A stretch of DNA of 64,000 nucleotides from Chlorokybus atmophyticus (GCA_009103225.1 RHPI01001037.1:1608551-1672550), one strand, 5' to 3'; positions 35,148-48,358 are shown, counted from the first letter of the stretch. Notes: generated from the letters alone by a model not told the origin. Numbers and translations are program-made.

Positions 35148-38100
35148 CTATGCAAATGCCAAAGCCTCCTTCTGTTGCAGCTTCAACCTCCACTTATTTG
35201 GTTGGAATACCCTGCAGAAACATATCACATCACACCACTTCTAACCACTCTGGACTTTCATTTGACCGTCATCATCACCAATTATCACCAAAATTGAAGT
35301 TCATCTTACTTGAAAAAACCGCCGCGGTCGTTACGCTCAACTCTCTCAACACTCCCATCCTCGCGCGTGATCTCAGCAACAACAGCTTCCGAGCCATCCC
35401 CCACCGTAACCTCCTCGCCAGCGCTGTCCAGCAGCCGGACGCGGGCATGCTCCACGCCCTTGGCCACCACGCCAATAGGCGCCCGCCACCTCGTATTGTA
35501 CTCCACTAACAACTCATCCTGAAAAGAGGGAGAATATTCATCGAGGAATAAATGAGGGTTGTGCTGAAACAAGGAAGGTGGAACCTGACTACAAAACCCA
35601 AGACGCTCAAGTCTAGATTGACTGTTAAGTTGCAGTTTAGTTGCAAATGGGCTCAGTACCAGTTGCGAGCAGACATAAAGCATGTGGTTGGTTTTTTAAA
35701 ACACAGATACACATTGGGTTCAGGCTTCTTACCTGAAGGGCGAGCATGCAGGAGGGACCAGCGGGGAACCACATGACGCCTTCAATGTTCTCTCCAATGA
35801 TGGAGCACTCGGTACGTCCGCAGAGGTAACCTTTGGAAGGGTCGCAGAGGAGCTCATCAACTGGGACGATGGGGGATGGAGGGTCGGGCGAGCCGAACTC
35901 GTGATGAAGGTCTAGTCTCAAGCGCGGGGCATCATCGTCGTGGTCCAGCGTGTAGACCTCATAGCCAGTCTCGATGATCTTCAGCACCCGCGAGTGCCGC
36001 TGCCCGTCCTTTGTGCACTGCCCTATCACTCCTGTCTGTACGAATGCACACCTGCACAAACCGAAGAGGGAAGAACAGCAGTTGTACAGATCAATAACCT
36101 CTGCATTGCGGCTTGCCCGGTCGGCAGGACAATAACAACATCGGTTACCTTCCTTCGGTGACTGAAATGGAGTCAGCGTAGTTATGTGACAGGTGGTAGT
36201 GTCCACTAAACCAAAGCGAAATCTAAGACATGAGAGTCAGCCACTAGCAATGGTGCTGGGTTGTTGAATACACGAGCAAGCAGCAACCACCCTGCCCTTA
36301 CCTGCGGGTTTTCCTGCACAAGCTTGATAAAGGCATCTGCGTCGTCGTCTGTGTGGTTGAGAAATGCGCATCGGTTGCGCACGTGAACCTGCACAATGGT
36401 TGAGGGGAATCCACACAAGCACAGGTGCGTGTCAATACACCACTGCTATACCTGATGCAGCACGCGAAGACCGCAGCCAAGGGGCGGCGCATGTGTAAAC
36501 ACGATGATTGGCACACCCTTGTTGTGCGCAAGCACGGTGCGGAACCACTCCACCTGCTCATCATCCACGAACACCTCGTGGACAGAGAATCGGTTATCGC
36601 GAAAGCGCACCGTGCTCATGCCGACAAGAAGGGCCGGGCCCACTCGCGCCGACTGTGGCATACAGTGTCGACGGAGTCAACATGTAATCAGGCGAGCACA
36701 GCAGCGTGTGAGCAAGTGCACTCAACATATGTGTATGCACATGCGTGCGTGCACGCATGTGTGCACGTGCATAAGTGCTTGCGCGCGTGCATGCCCGTGT
36801 ACAAGTCAGCGTGCCTGTGTGCACGTGTCTGCGCGTGTGTGTGATTGGGCGTACCCAGTAGTGCCTGTCCTGGCCAAATGCTGATCTCCAAGCCGCCAAG
36901 TTCTCGGCATCAGTTGCAAACTCGTCACCCTCAAGGTCATGGTTACCTGCGAGGATCTGCCTTAATCTCTCGAAATGTTGCATTAAGTATGCTAGAGTGA
37001 CGATTGATCACCAACCTGTGACCAGGAGGTAAGGGGACTCAAAGGAGTCAAGAAACTTTTTCGCCTCCGCAAAGCACTCGCGTGACCCTGGCCGGTGCGA
37101 ATAACCGCCCAAGTCCCCAAGCTGGACCACCCGCTTTGCTACTGATGAAGCACCCGCATTGGTGTTGTCTATTGCCTGAACAACATAGCGTGAAAGGAAA
37201 GCCAATACATAGATCGACTTGACACTGCTCTGCAAAGGTAGCATGCAGCGAGAGTGCTCTTAAACCTTGTTGAGTTGCTGGCGGGCGGCGTGGAAGAGGT
37301 GCATTTGCGCGGGTTCCAGGTGCAGGTCCCCAAGAATCGCCACCATGGCCAATGCCGCGCTCTTATCATTGCTACCGACTTGTCTTGCCTCAAAGCGGCG
37401 CTCTGCATGGCTTCTTGATTTTGTGTATGCACGTGAACTGGTATGCAAAAGAATGCACCTCAACTAGCTTCTTGCTATCAACATCACTGCCACTCGCAAC
37501 AGCTTACCAGCTTCCATCTGTGGTGGCTCAAGGTTAGAAAAGCCATTGGCGGACACGCTGCGCACAATGGCCAGCTGATGTTACATGCAGGATGGATGAC
37601 CTGAACAGAAAGTCGCAACGCACATGCATGCACGGATCGCCAGAGGTTCAGCATGCACATTGTGATAGTGAGCATACGCAAGTGGACACTACAACGCAAT
37701 GTGTGCTTAGATGTGTCAATGAGAGGTGGCAGGAGAGTCCACATCCATAAGCTGCGTGACACAACATTACGTACTGTCAACAAGCCTCACAGCACTGGCA
37801 AATAAGCAATGACGTGCGTGTTTGTCACACTAGCTCGTACCGTGCAGCAAGTACTCACTTCAAGCAAGTCACATGCTCAAGCAACATCGTAAGATGCAGG
37901 ACCACGACAGGTGGCCATCCCTTACCCGCTGTGATGGCTGTAGTTGTTGTTATCGGGTTGATTGATGATATCATGCACAGCAGCAGCCGTCACGGCAGCC
38001 ATGCCCACCACCGCCCCCTTCCCCGCGCCCCTCCTTCCCAACCTCAATGCCAGGCTGCTCCTCCCCCAAGCCTCACATCCAACCCCTCCGCCCGCCTTAC

Positions 38101-38176
38101 GCACCACCCTGGAGGACCAGGCAATCGAGCAAGTGACCAATGACGACGCCGGTGTTGCCCCCACCGCCGCCGCCAT
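35148..38176 (-). CDS. Calcineurin-like metallophosphoesterase, multi-exon, with probable organellar transit peptide
   Basis: All five MPP metal motifs in order: AILGDLH, QLGDLG, TG|NHDLEG, FTHAPP, WFSGHYH. C-terminal exons TGVIGQCTKDGQRHSRVL and VFQPNKWRLKL..FA* (TAG 35148-35150); ATG 38176. Confidence 0.88.
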
Positions 38177-38776
38177 TGTCGTCACCGCCTAGCCTGCTAG
38201 CGTAGACTGCCACGCTGGAAGCATAGCTTAACGTATGCCCAGCGCTGTAGGCATAGGCGACGGGATCAGCGGCCTCGTCGGCGGCGGTCGGGGCTCTGAG
38301 CGCAGTTGGCGTGGTCGGGAGGTCAGGGTAAGAGCCAAGTGAGTATTGAGCTTTGCTCAGAGGCCCAGCTCACTGTATGCACAGTTTCCTTGGTGAGAAT
38401 AGGGGAGTATGTCAGATTGACGAGTTGTGTTGATGTTCTCCTTGACCGTTCAAACAAAGCTTGCTACATAATCTGTGCCTGTGGACATCAACACCATTGC
38501 GTGCTGCACTGTTGGAGCAGCTTTCTTGTGTGCGGCCTATCGCAAACATGAGAAGTTCACTCTTGCACTTGGTTGATACGGTTCTTGCATGATGTGCAAA
38601 GTGTTGTACATACAATCCAAGACATCAACACCTGCTGATAGCAAGCGCATGCTTGCTGGAAACTGCACATCACAGATAAGGTCCTACACAACATCGCCAT
38701 CTGATTAGCTTCTCTGTATACCTTTGAAAGAGATGCGAACACTGGTAGACAGCAGAGCGCATGGCTGCTGCTTAAC

Positions 38777-39638
38777 TAGAGATGTAGATAAATGTACACT
38801 GAATGTACATTCATCTCATCTGGTGGGCATTGCTATACCACTTGCAAACCTTTACATTTCAAGCTGAAACTTTGTGTACACATTGCTAACATTGTAAGCA
38901 ATTGGTGTGCAAACTTTCAGCTTAATTGGCCCCTTGTGTTACAAGTTACACCTTGATAAGCGACCAACATGGCAATAGTCACGGTACACTTTTGTGTACA
39001 GTGACTTTGCCGAAAACTTACATTTTCGGATGTCAATTAAAATATAATAAAATCAAATAGAATGCAGGCGCAGTGCGGTAATATTACCTCGCACGCAAAT
39101 GATCTTGCAGCTGCATGCAGCGACGTGGTAAAGCAACAAGATTGGAAGAATAGCAGCCGCTGTTATCAAAGTTAATTTATATTAATTTAAGGTGTGATAT
39201 TGCTTGTCGAATTAATTGAGGTTTTCGTTTACTTGTCAAGGATCTAAACGTTACGTTATGCAAGGACCTTTAAAGCGTCCTTACGGCATTCGTAGAAATT
39301 TCGCGGCATTTATGCGCTCGTTATATAGCTCTCGTTCGATAGAACAACTTTCATTGGTAACTTGTTGCAAGTTTCCTTCCCTATAAGAAGGTAAGCCTAT
39401 CTAGTGAACCCAACGGGTCCCTCAACGAGTCCGATTAGCAAACCCTAATCACAGTGTCATATTGAAATGCATAACTTTCAAACCATTACGTCGATTGTGA
39501 TGCGATTACTTTTTCTCGACACGTCACGCAGAGAGCTATTCAACGATGTCACATGTTGCATTGTCACATCACCAGCCAAGAAGGCCGTGCCAGGGAGGGC
39601 CATTTAAATGTACACTTAAGTGTACCTTTACATCCCTA
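38777..39638. mobile_element. Possible decayed non-autonomous hAT-like element
   Basis: Ends TAGAGATGTA.. and ..TACATCCCTA resemble the Ac-type TIR TAGGGATG; subterminal TGTACAC repeats; AT-rich. No matching 8-bp TSD. Confidence 0.4.
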
Positions 39639-40086
39639 GTGTTCACAAAGAGCGTCAATTGCAAACGAGATATTTGTGCGCTAGCGTGCTGATTGAACTG
39701 CATAGTGAAAAACGCACGATATTCAGCACTTCCTTGTCAGTATGAATTGCAGACAATGTGTGTCTTCCTCTAGATGCTTGCGTTGCCAATGCTATGGCAA
39801 AGCTGTAGACGCGCTCAGCCTCTTGCAATGCGAGCACTGCTCGGTGTCGCATGTTTGCGCGCGCTTGCATGTAGCTGACGATGATCTAAACTCCCTGCAC
39901 GCGTAGTCGTGCAGCTTCCCTCTCCATGTGAGCAGCAAAGTTCCTTGCCTGCGCACACCTTCATTATTATAATGCATTGTATGAGTCAATATATGATTGT
40001 AGATTGTGGATTGAAAAAGTTGCTGGCTTACTCTCTGTTCCTACATAAACACTTTGATATACGTTGGGTGGGAAGGGAAGTAGTCA

Positions 40087-40953
40087 ATGCATTTATATAG
40101 AATGACAACTCAATGACTCCATCTCTACTCATAGAGGAACACATATAACGCTAGCTAGTTGCTTCTCCCAACTTAGACTTTAGAGTGGACGTTCAAATGT
40201 TGAAGCTTATAATGTTACAAGCTTGAAATGTTGCAATTCTGCAGTTGTATTGCTTTCATACACTGTCAGATACTCAAGCGGTCGGCTGATTAGCCAACCG
40301 CTCACGCGTCTTCTGCCCGTCTAACGAAGGACAATGAAATTAAAACAAACAAACCGCTGCAAACATTAGCACTGCTGACGTTTGCAGCGCCCGTAAGCAA
40401 CAAAAGCCATGCTTACCGCTACTTGACGCTGAGCAGCTTTCGCAATTGTTCTTCTTATCTTTGTGATCTTTGCTAGCGGCGGCGGCGGTGGCGACGTTGT
40501 ATTTTTACCCGCCCTCCCAACCCTTACACCACCGCAATTTGCCGCCACTTGTCGTCGCACACCGCGCGCTAAGCATTAGTGCACAAATAGCACCATTACG
40601 CGCAGTCCTTGCACGTTGCGCCACATGTTCGACATGATCACGTACATGTCATGACACACACATACGTACCCGCTCGTCATGTGGCGACATCGCCACCATT
40701 AGGCTCGAGGACACAGGTGCTCATTGCCTTTGAAATCGCGTCCATTTAATTTACGCCGTAAGTACAGCCCAAGTATTTAATGCATTTATGCAGAACGACA
40801 ACTCAACGACTAAATTTCTACACACAGAGGAACAGATCCAACGCTACCTAGTTGCTTGTCACAAGTTAGACTCTAGAATAAACGTTCAGATGTTGAAGCT
40901 TGTAGTGTTACAATTTTTAAATGTTGCAATGCTGCAATCGTATTGCTTTCAGA
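40087..40953 (+). repeat. Diverged ~175-bp direct repeat pair (40087-40262 and 40777-40953)
   Basis: aatgcatttat..gacaactcaa..gaggaaca..ctagttgctt..gttca(a/g)atgttgaagctt..aatgttgcaat..gtattgctttca present twice, roughly 75-80% identical by eye. Confidence 0.8.
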
Positions 40954-41127
40954 CATATGCTTGGTACATGTCGTATGGGTACACCCGGCATCATGTACCA
41001 GCATCAATGGGGCCTCTGGACCAGATCATGGTCGGTTAAAGTAGAGCCCCCCCCCCCCCAAGACTATCCGGCCAGCGTGGCATGCTAGGAGTCCACGCTG
41101 GCAGCCTGGGCTAGGGCGATTGCGGCG

Positions 41128-42881
41128 ATGGCGGCGGTGGTGGGGGCGTCGGCGTTAGTGGTGGCGACATCGTTGTCACTGGCCGCTTGCTCTTCCCGGG
41201 TAGTACGCACGGTGGGTGGAAGGTTTGATTGTAAGGCTGCGCGAAGCCTGGCATTGAGGTTGGGGAGGAGGGGCACGGGAAAGAGGGTGGCTTTGGGCAT
41301 GGATGCGCTAGATGCTGCTGCATGTCGCAACCACAACCAGCACATCGCGTAAGGGACTGCCACTAGTCGTGGCCCTGCATTTTTTGCCACATTGCCTGAG
41401 CATATGACTTGCTGTGAAGTGAACAATTGTCACGCGTTACCTAGCTAGGGGTAGGCACACGCCATTAGGCTTGCAAGTAATTACATCATAGACTGTTGCA
41501 AATTTTGTCTCAAGCAGTTTACCGATGTGTGTGTACCGTCCGCATAGTCTTTTATTGTCTCCTTGACATGCAACCGCATTGCGGTGTAGTGTTCAGTGTT
41601 TTAAGTGTTGCCATGTGCAAACTGTCAATAGAGATGTGCACACCAATGCAACAAAACCATCGAACCACTAAATCTGGCGTTTTGTGCATGCATGTGCATT
41701 GAGACTCCTATTCACTTCATCCATGCTGTAGTCTATGACATAAGCTAGCCACTGTGCGCAGCGTGTCCGTCAATGGCTATTTCAAAACAATATGCCACCA
41801 AAGATGGAAGCTAGTAAGCAGTTGCGAGTGCGAGTAAATCGTAAATCGTTAACATGCTAGACGTTAGCTAAGGTTTCCTTGCTTACGAATTCTTGTGCAT
41901 GATGCAAGCATCATGTCAAGAAGCCATGCAGAGCGACTCTTTGAGGCAAGACCTAACGGCAGCAGTAATACGAGAGACCTCGGCATTGGCGACGGTGGCA
42001 ATTCCTGGGGACTTGCACCTCCAACCCGCGCAAATGTGCCTCTTCCATGCCACCTGCCAGCAACTTAACAAGGTTGAAGAGCAGTCTCATTGCAATCCAC
42101 ACGATTGCACAGTTGCGGTCAGTCAATCATATGCACTCTCTACGCTGTGTGGTTTGCAGGCAATGGACAGTATAAATGCGGGTGCTTTATCGGAAGCAAA
42201 GCAGGTGGTCCAACTTGGGGACTTGGGCGGTTAATTGCATCGGCTAGGGTGACGCAAGTGCTGTGCGGAGGCAAAACGTTTCTCAATTCCTTTGAATCCC
42301 CTTACCTCTTAGTCACAGGTTGGTATTAGTTTAAGACTTCAGTGTACTTCAAGGGAAGAGTTGAGGACCGACATAGAAACCTTTAGGGAATCACGATCTT
42401 CAGGGTGAAAAGTTTGCAACAGATGGCGAAACTTGGGCGGTTTGGAAATTAGCATTTGGCAAGCACAGGTATTGCTGGGTATGCTCACTTACGCAGACGC
42501 ACCCACACATGCATGCATGCACTCGCACGCACGCACATGTGCGTACACATATGATGCAAGCATGCACTTGATTAAGCAAACGTTTATGCGTTCCTTATGA
42601 CACAATAACTGCATCATACTGCATCAAGAATGTCGTTCACAGTCGGCGCGATTGGGCCCAGCCCTTCTTGTCGGCATGAGCACAGTGCGTTCCCGCAACA
42701 ACCGCTTCTCCGTGCATAAGGTCTTAGGGGACGGTGAGCAGGTGGAGTGGTTCCGCACCCTGCTTGCGAGCAACAAGGGTGTGCCAACCATCGTGTTACA
42801 CATGCGCCACCTCTCGGGTGTGGCCTTCGCGTGCTGCATCAAGTACAGCAGTGGTGTGATTACACGCATCAGTGCTTGTGT

Positions 42882-42960
<79 letters not shown>

Positions 42961-43992
42961 NGCAGATGTTTTCAACAAGCTTGTGCACGAAAACCCGCAG
43001 GTAAGGGCAAGATGGTTGCTGCTTGCTGATGTATACAACAGCACCAGCACCAATGATAGCGGCTGACTTATGTACTAGCTTTCGCTGTGGTCAGGTGGAC
43101 ACTACCACGCGTTACACAACTACACTAACACCATCTCGGTCACCAAAGGAAGGTAAGCGCTGTTATGATCCTGCCACTTGCGCAAGCTCGCAATGCAAAG
43201 ATTATCAATATGTACACATGCTGTTCTTCCCTCTTTGGCCTGCAGGTGTGCATGCGTGTAGACATGAGTTATAGGGCAGAGCACGAAGGACGGGCAGCGG
43301 CACTCGCGGGTGCTGAAGATCTCTGAGACGGGCTACGAGGCCTACACGCTGAACCATGATGATGATGACCTGCGCTTGAGACTAAACCTTCATCACAAGT
43401 TTTACTCGCCCGACCCATCCCCCATTGTCCCTGTAGACGAGCTCCTATGCGACCCGTCCAAAGGATACCTCTGACTAAGTGCTCCATTATCGGAGAGAAC
43501 ATTGAAGGCGTCATGTGGTACCCCGATGGTCCCTCCTGCATGCTTGCCTTACTGGCAAGAGCCCTTGTCCAATTTATGTTTAAATTCAATCATGCGTGCG
43601 TTCCTTCTATATGGAAGTGATATTCAACTAGTTGCAAGCTAAAGTGCAACTCACTCCCCTACCCTAAACTCTACCGTCTCAGATCCGAGAGTTGAGCTTT
43701 CACCTTCCTTGTCTTGGTACAATCCTGATACTATTCCTCAACCAACTTTTCCTCCTTCTCGTTAGAATGAGTCGGAGTGGAGTTCGACACGAGGTGGTGG
43801 GCGCCTATTGGCGTGGTGACCAAGGGTGTAGAGGGCGCCCGCGTCCGGCTGCTAAGAAGTGCTGGTGAGGAGGTTGTGGTTGAGGATGGATTCGAGACTG
43901 CTGTTGTTGAAATCACGCGCGAGGAACGGAAGTGTTGAAAAGGTCGAGCGCAACGTCCGCGGCAGATTGTTTAAATGAGATGGACTTCATTA
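41128..43992 (+). pseudogene. Inverted, intron-retaining pseudogene copy of the metallophosphoesterase
   Basis: Exon-by-exon homology: IPGDLHLQPAQM, QLGDLGG*, GNHDLQG, GPALLVGMSTVR, GHYHALHNY, DGQRHSRVLKISETGYE, APIGVVTKGVEGARVRLL. Contains stops and frameshifts; last exon not seen. Confidence 0.9.
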
Positions 43993-44900
43993 TGTCCCCC
44001 CCCCAATCATACCTCATGGTGCAAATATTATCAACACTGTGTTTTGTGTTTTCACGATGTTTCAATCCGGCTGAAGCAGCATTTGCATAACGGATTACCA
44101 GTAAAGATAGCAACCAATTGCTTTACGTTACGCAGAGCATTATTGCAGTGGAGATTGTCAGTCAATTGATAGCAACTTGAGAAACGCTGTGCATTGCAGT
44201 GAATAGGGAGGTCTAGGGCTAGATTTGCATTGCCTTTTGCATAGTGTATTGGTTGTATGTACATTGAGGGTTGATCAACTTCACTTGCTGACATGCTGAA
44301 AGCTGGGGGAAATGGGACACTTGCGATGGCCTTGGCATAAGTCGCTCCCACACGAAAGTATACTGCATTCATGTAAGTGCCATTTTGGTGCTCTACATGG
44401 CCATCACCTTGCAACCTCACGAACATCACTATGCTAGTTTTTCTTTTAACTGTTAGCATAGTATCATCTCCTCCTTATTCCGATACGACTCGTATGACCC
44501 GAGTACAACCTGTACGACACAGCCGGGATTCCCGGACTCCAGAAGCAGCTCATAACATTGCCAGCCTGATTGTAGCCCTAATCCGGTAACAATCAATCAA
44601 CCTGGGAACTAACATTGTTTCCTTTTTGTGTTTTTTGGTACTCCAAATTCGCCACACCCGGATCCGGTGAGTGCCATACAGGGAGGGCCGAACCTAGAAA
44701 TTGACAATTGTTTCCCTGTCTCCCTGGGCGGCGGCGGAGGCGGCGGCGGCGGATTTGGCGCACGTTTGAGGAAGGGGGAGGGACGAGGCCTTTGCCTGCT
44801 CTGTCTGTGCCGTGAAAGCGCTGCTCAGCGCTGCGCCGCCCTCGCCTCAGCCCCTTTCATTAATGCGGTTTCCAGGTCAGAGAATACGCCGTCAGTGCCA

Positions 44901-44902
<2 letters not shown>

Positions 44903-44953
<51 letters not shown>

Positions 44954-45000
44954 NNNNNNNNNNNNNNNNNNNNNNNNNNNNNNNNNNNNNNNNNNNNNNN

Positions 45001-45082
<82 letters not shown>
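44903..45082. repeat. (TC)n microsatellite with internal gap (44954-45000)
   Basis: Direct reading. Confidence 1.
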
Positions 45083-45084
<2 letters not shown>

Positions 45085-45218
45085 GCGTGTGCATGTTTCT
45101 CTGTCCTATACATGCAGGATATATGCACACATGCGTGCGCACTCTATCGCTGTTGCTGCTGTACGTCAGCTAAGCTTACCGTTGCTGAAAGTCAACGTGT
45201 TGTTGCAGTATTGCGCTG

Positions 45219-48200
45219 ATGGGGGAGCCAGCTCAGGCTGCTGTGGAATGGTTGACGCGTTTCCAGTTGCTGCGCTCGGTGCTGCGCACGACTTTGAGTA
45301 ATGACGATGAGGTTGAGGACGTGTACCTGCTGTTGCTCAAAGAAGCGCGGGCGGTTGGTCACCCGGTTGTGCTGTTGATGTACTTCCAAGGAAATGACAA
45401 CGAGGTCATTAGGAGATTAATGGATTTGCTACAAGAGCAACGGCTACAAGAGCAACGGCTACAAGAGCAACAGCGCGGTATGACCAATCATTATCATCGT
45501 TTCTTTGTGCAGTCATCCAACAATTGGATTTGCCAACGCTCGTGTGTCTTTACAGTGCAGAAAGCGATGCTGATCACCAGTGGAGGAGTCGACTGAAATC
45601 GCTGACTCCTCTGCTCGGCACAGCCAATTACGAAACAATAAGAACTGGCCTGACCAAGCACCTGTTGCAAACAAACAACCGCACAGTACTGGCTAACTTC
45701 TTCCACAGCGCTGAAGATCGATTTGTTGCAAACCACCTGAGGGCCACCTTCCTGCCGTCAGTGCCAAACGTCCCATCTTCTGCTGGTAACCCTGCACCCT
45801 TTTGTCTTGGTATCTGCTTAATGAGATAATGTTGCATTGTTGTCTTTTGTTTTCTCCATGCCATAATGTGAGCAGAACGTGCGAGCACTTCACCACCTGT
45901 CTGACTGACAACGTCTTTACAGGGTCTGCAACGAGCAGTACTCATGCCCGCACGTACATCACATGGAACGACAACGGGGACGTGACAACGCATGCCATGC
46001 TGCTGGATTGCGAGGAGTTGGAGCCGAGCCGACGGGCTTTTGCCCAAACTTGGCATGAGAACAAAAGTCGGTTGCATGCTCTGCAGTTTCGAATACGACA
46101 AGTCATTGCTGAGCGACACGAGGGTCTTCATGTAATCGATGACATAGGTGACCTCGTGACAGCCATCATGGTGACCATTAATACCGAGGCCGCCGCCGCC
46201 AGCCCACCTGGAGGCATTCTACATCGCAACAAGAAAGGGTATCAAGGTCGAGCTCCTGACCTGGCTTGGTGTGGCTTTGAGAAAGAGGTATGGCGATATG
46301 CATCTGCTTTTTTACAAGATCTGTGGCATCAACATGTCCTTTACCTTCGCAGGCCAATACCTCGAGGCTGTTGCACCATTATGTGTAGCTTTTGCTCGTG
46401 TACAAAGTCGACCTGGAAGATCAATGGAAAGCCGGGTATGGCATAGAACATTGGTGTCGAGGCAGCTGATAGCTCTGAAGCTGCATGTCACATGCAACTG
46501 TGTTATTTCTCATGTTCAGGATGGGACAGCTGATCACAGGTGCCATCTCTGCACGAGATCGCTGCGATCAAGGTTATTTTCAACTGCCCTGCGTCGTCCG
46601 TGACAGCACGCATTTGCAAGCTGCAGTTGTCCAGCGCCATCAAGGCACATCTGGTGCGACGCGGATGGCACATGGTCGAGAACGACTACTATATACCAAA
46701 CCGCCACAAGATGGTTGGTGTGAGGTCGACACAACATCCGCAGGGTTCAAGGTATGATTAGTAGCGGTGTGTTGCCTTATAAACGGTGGTTGAGCGGTTG
46801 CACATGAAACTGTTAAAGTGTTGGTCTATGTGTTTTCAGGAGTTAGTCTTTTGCTGCCACCTAGCCTTGCACTCAAGGATTGCGGGCGCAGCCGAGGCGG
46901 TGATGGCTGCGCGCTTTCTTGATGCGGAGCAGGTACAGGTGGATACCAAAAGCGGACTACACACGTTTGAGGTTATCGAGCAGCTTGGCAGAGGTGTGTG
47001 CGCCGTGCGTGGTGACGCGACAGTTGGGCTGAGCACTTCTGGAGCATGCCAATATGTCCTCAAGGTTGGCCCGCGGCTGCAAGACATTGAAGCTGGCAGG
47101 AGCTTGCACGTGGACGTGCAAAAGTGGAGCCAGGTACGCGCACTTGTCGCAGTATGCATTGAGCAATTGACATTGCGTGCACGCCAACACAACAACACAT
47201 CAAGCTAGTGCTTGTTGGCATGCTGTAGGGTCCAGTCTTTTACGCGCATGAGCACCTTCAAGTGTTGTAGCAACAGGGGCTAGGGCAGTTACTTGCTACC
47301 AGTTGAAAGATGCAAAGTATCTGAATGTATGTTTCATTCGTAGCTTCCGCAAACTTGCCGTTTGCACATGCCTGCTAGTAAGCTCGTTTACTAAGAGCTG
47401 AGCTTTCCATTTGGATCTGGGAGGTGCCGAGGTTGCCTGACTGTTGCCTGACTATTGTCAATACGCGCGGTGTCTGCAGGTGGAACGAGAAGTTGCCGTC
47501 CTTCTGCACCTTGGCAACCACACCCAGCTTGGCTTACCAATGCTGGTCGCGCATGGTACTATCGTGCGGTTGGAGCCACCAGGTGGCTCCAGCATCCAGC
47601 ATGCGGAGCTGGTCGGAGCGAGCGCCATTGTGACACCGCTGCGCGGGCGTGCATTGCGCCCGGCAGGCCAGAGACTGCTGCCAGTCCTCCAGCCATCCGC
47701 GCTTCTGAAGCTGGCTGCCGATGTGCTCGAGAGCTTACACTTCTTGCACGCCAATGGAGTCTTGCATAACGACGTGTGTCCTGACAACATTGGCATCACG
47801 GAAGACCCGTCAGCAGCAGCAGCAACGCGAGGCAAGGGCGTGCCCGTGGTCACATGTGGACCACAGGTACCGTCAGCGTGCTCATACTACTTGTTTGACT
47901 TGGGCACGGCCAGCTGTATGGCTTTGGGCTTGGAGAACACAGAGCTTTTGGGGCGGGAGATGTATTCCTCCACACAATGGGTGCTGCATGGCTCTAACCC
48001 GTCCTCTGGCAATGGCGACATTGAAGCACTGATGTATACTTGCATGGCGTTGTCCGGGCGCGACTCTCTGCCATGGGCCAGTGCAGTAAAACAAGACATC
48101 GTCCAGCTCCATGATTTGCGCTCCGAGTTTATGCGATATCCGGAGAGCAACCCCGTTCTGCAAGCTTGGCCGCCACCTTTGCGGCAGGTTGCCAAGGAGG

Positions 48201-48358
48201 TCTTGGCTCGCGGTTATGGCATCCTCACACTTGCAATTGACGAAGACGAGCCGGTGCCAACGGCCGAGTGGGTGCGCTTGCTGCGTGGCGGCATCCACGC
48301 ACTGATGGAGCGCCAAGTAGTTGAAGCCCGCGCACCTGCTGAAGAAGTGCATGTTTGA
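45219..48358 (+). pseudogene. Crinkler (CR)-like gene: N-terminal region + PD-(D/E)xK-like nuclease + divergent protein kinase; one in-frame TAG
   Basis: Seven phase-consistent GT-AG exons. Kinase motifs EQLGRG, YVLKV, EREVAVL, VLHNDVCPDNI, LFDLG, DIEALMY. Upstream RAPDLAW..LLLVYKVDL..GMGQLI..VRD. TAG at 46386-46388. Kinase is confident; the nuclease assignment is inference. Confidence 0.7.

Noticed and set aside
39655-39870. Histone H3-like peptide AVLALQEA...SAIH
   Set aside because: Spacing to AIH is 22 aa versus 15 in H3 and the flanks do not match; treated as chance.
44052-44480. 135-aa intronless minus-strand ORF preceded by TAAGGAGG (Shine-Dalgarno-like), possible bacterial insert
   Set aside because: No recognisable domain, no neighbouring prokaryote-like ORFs, and one such 8-mer among hundreds of ORFs is unremarkable.
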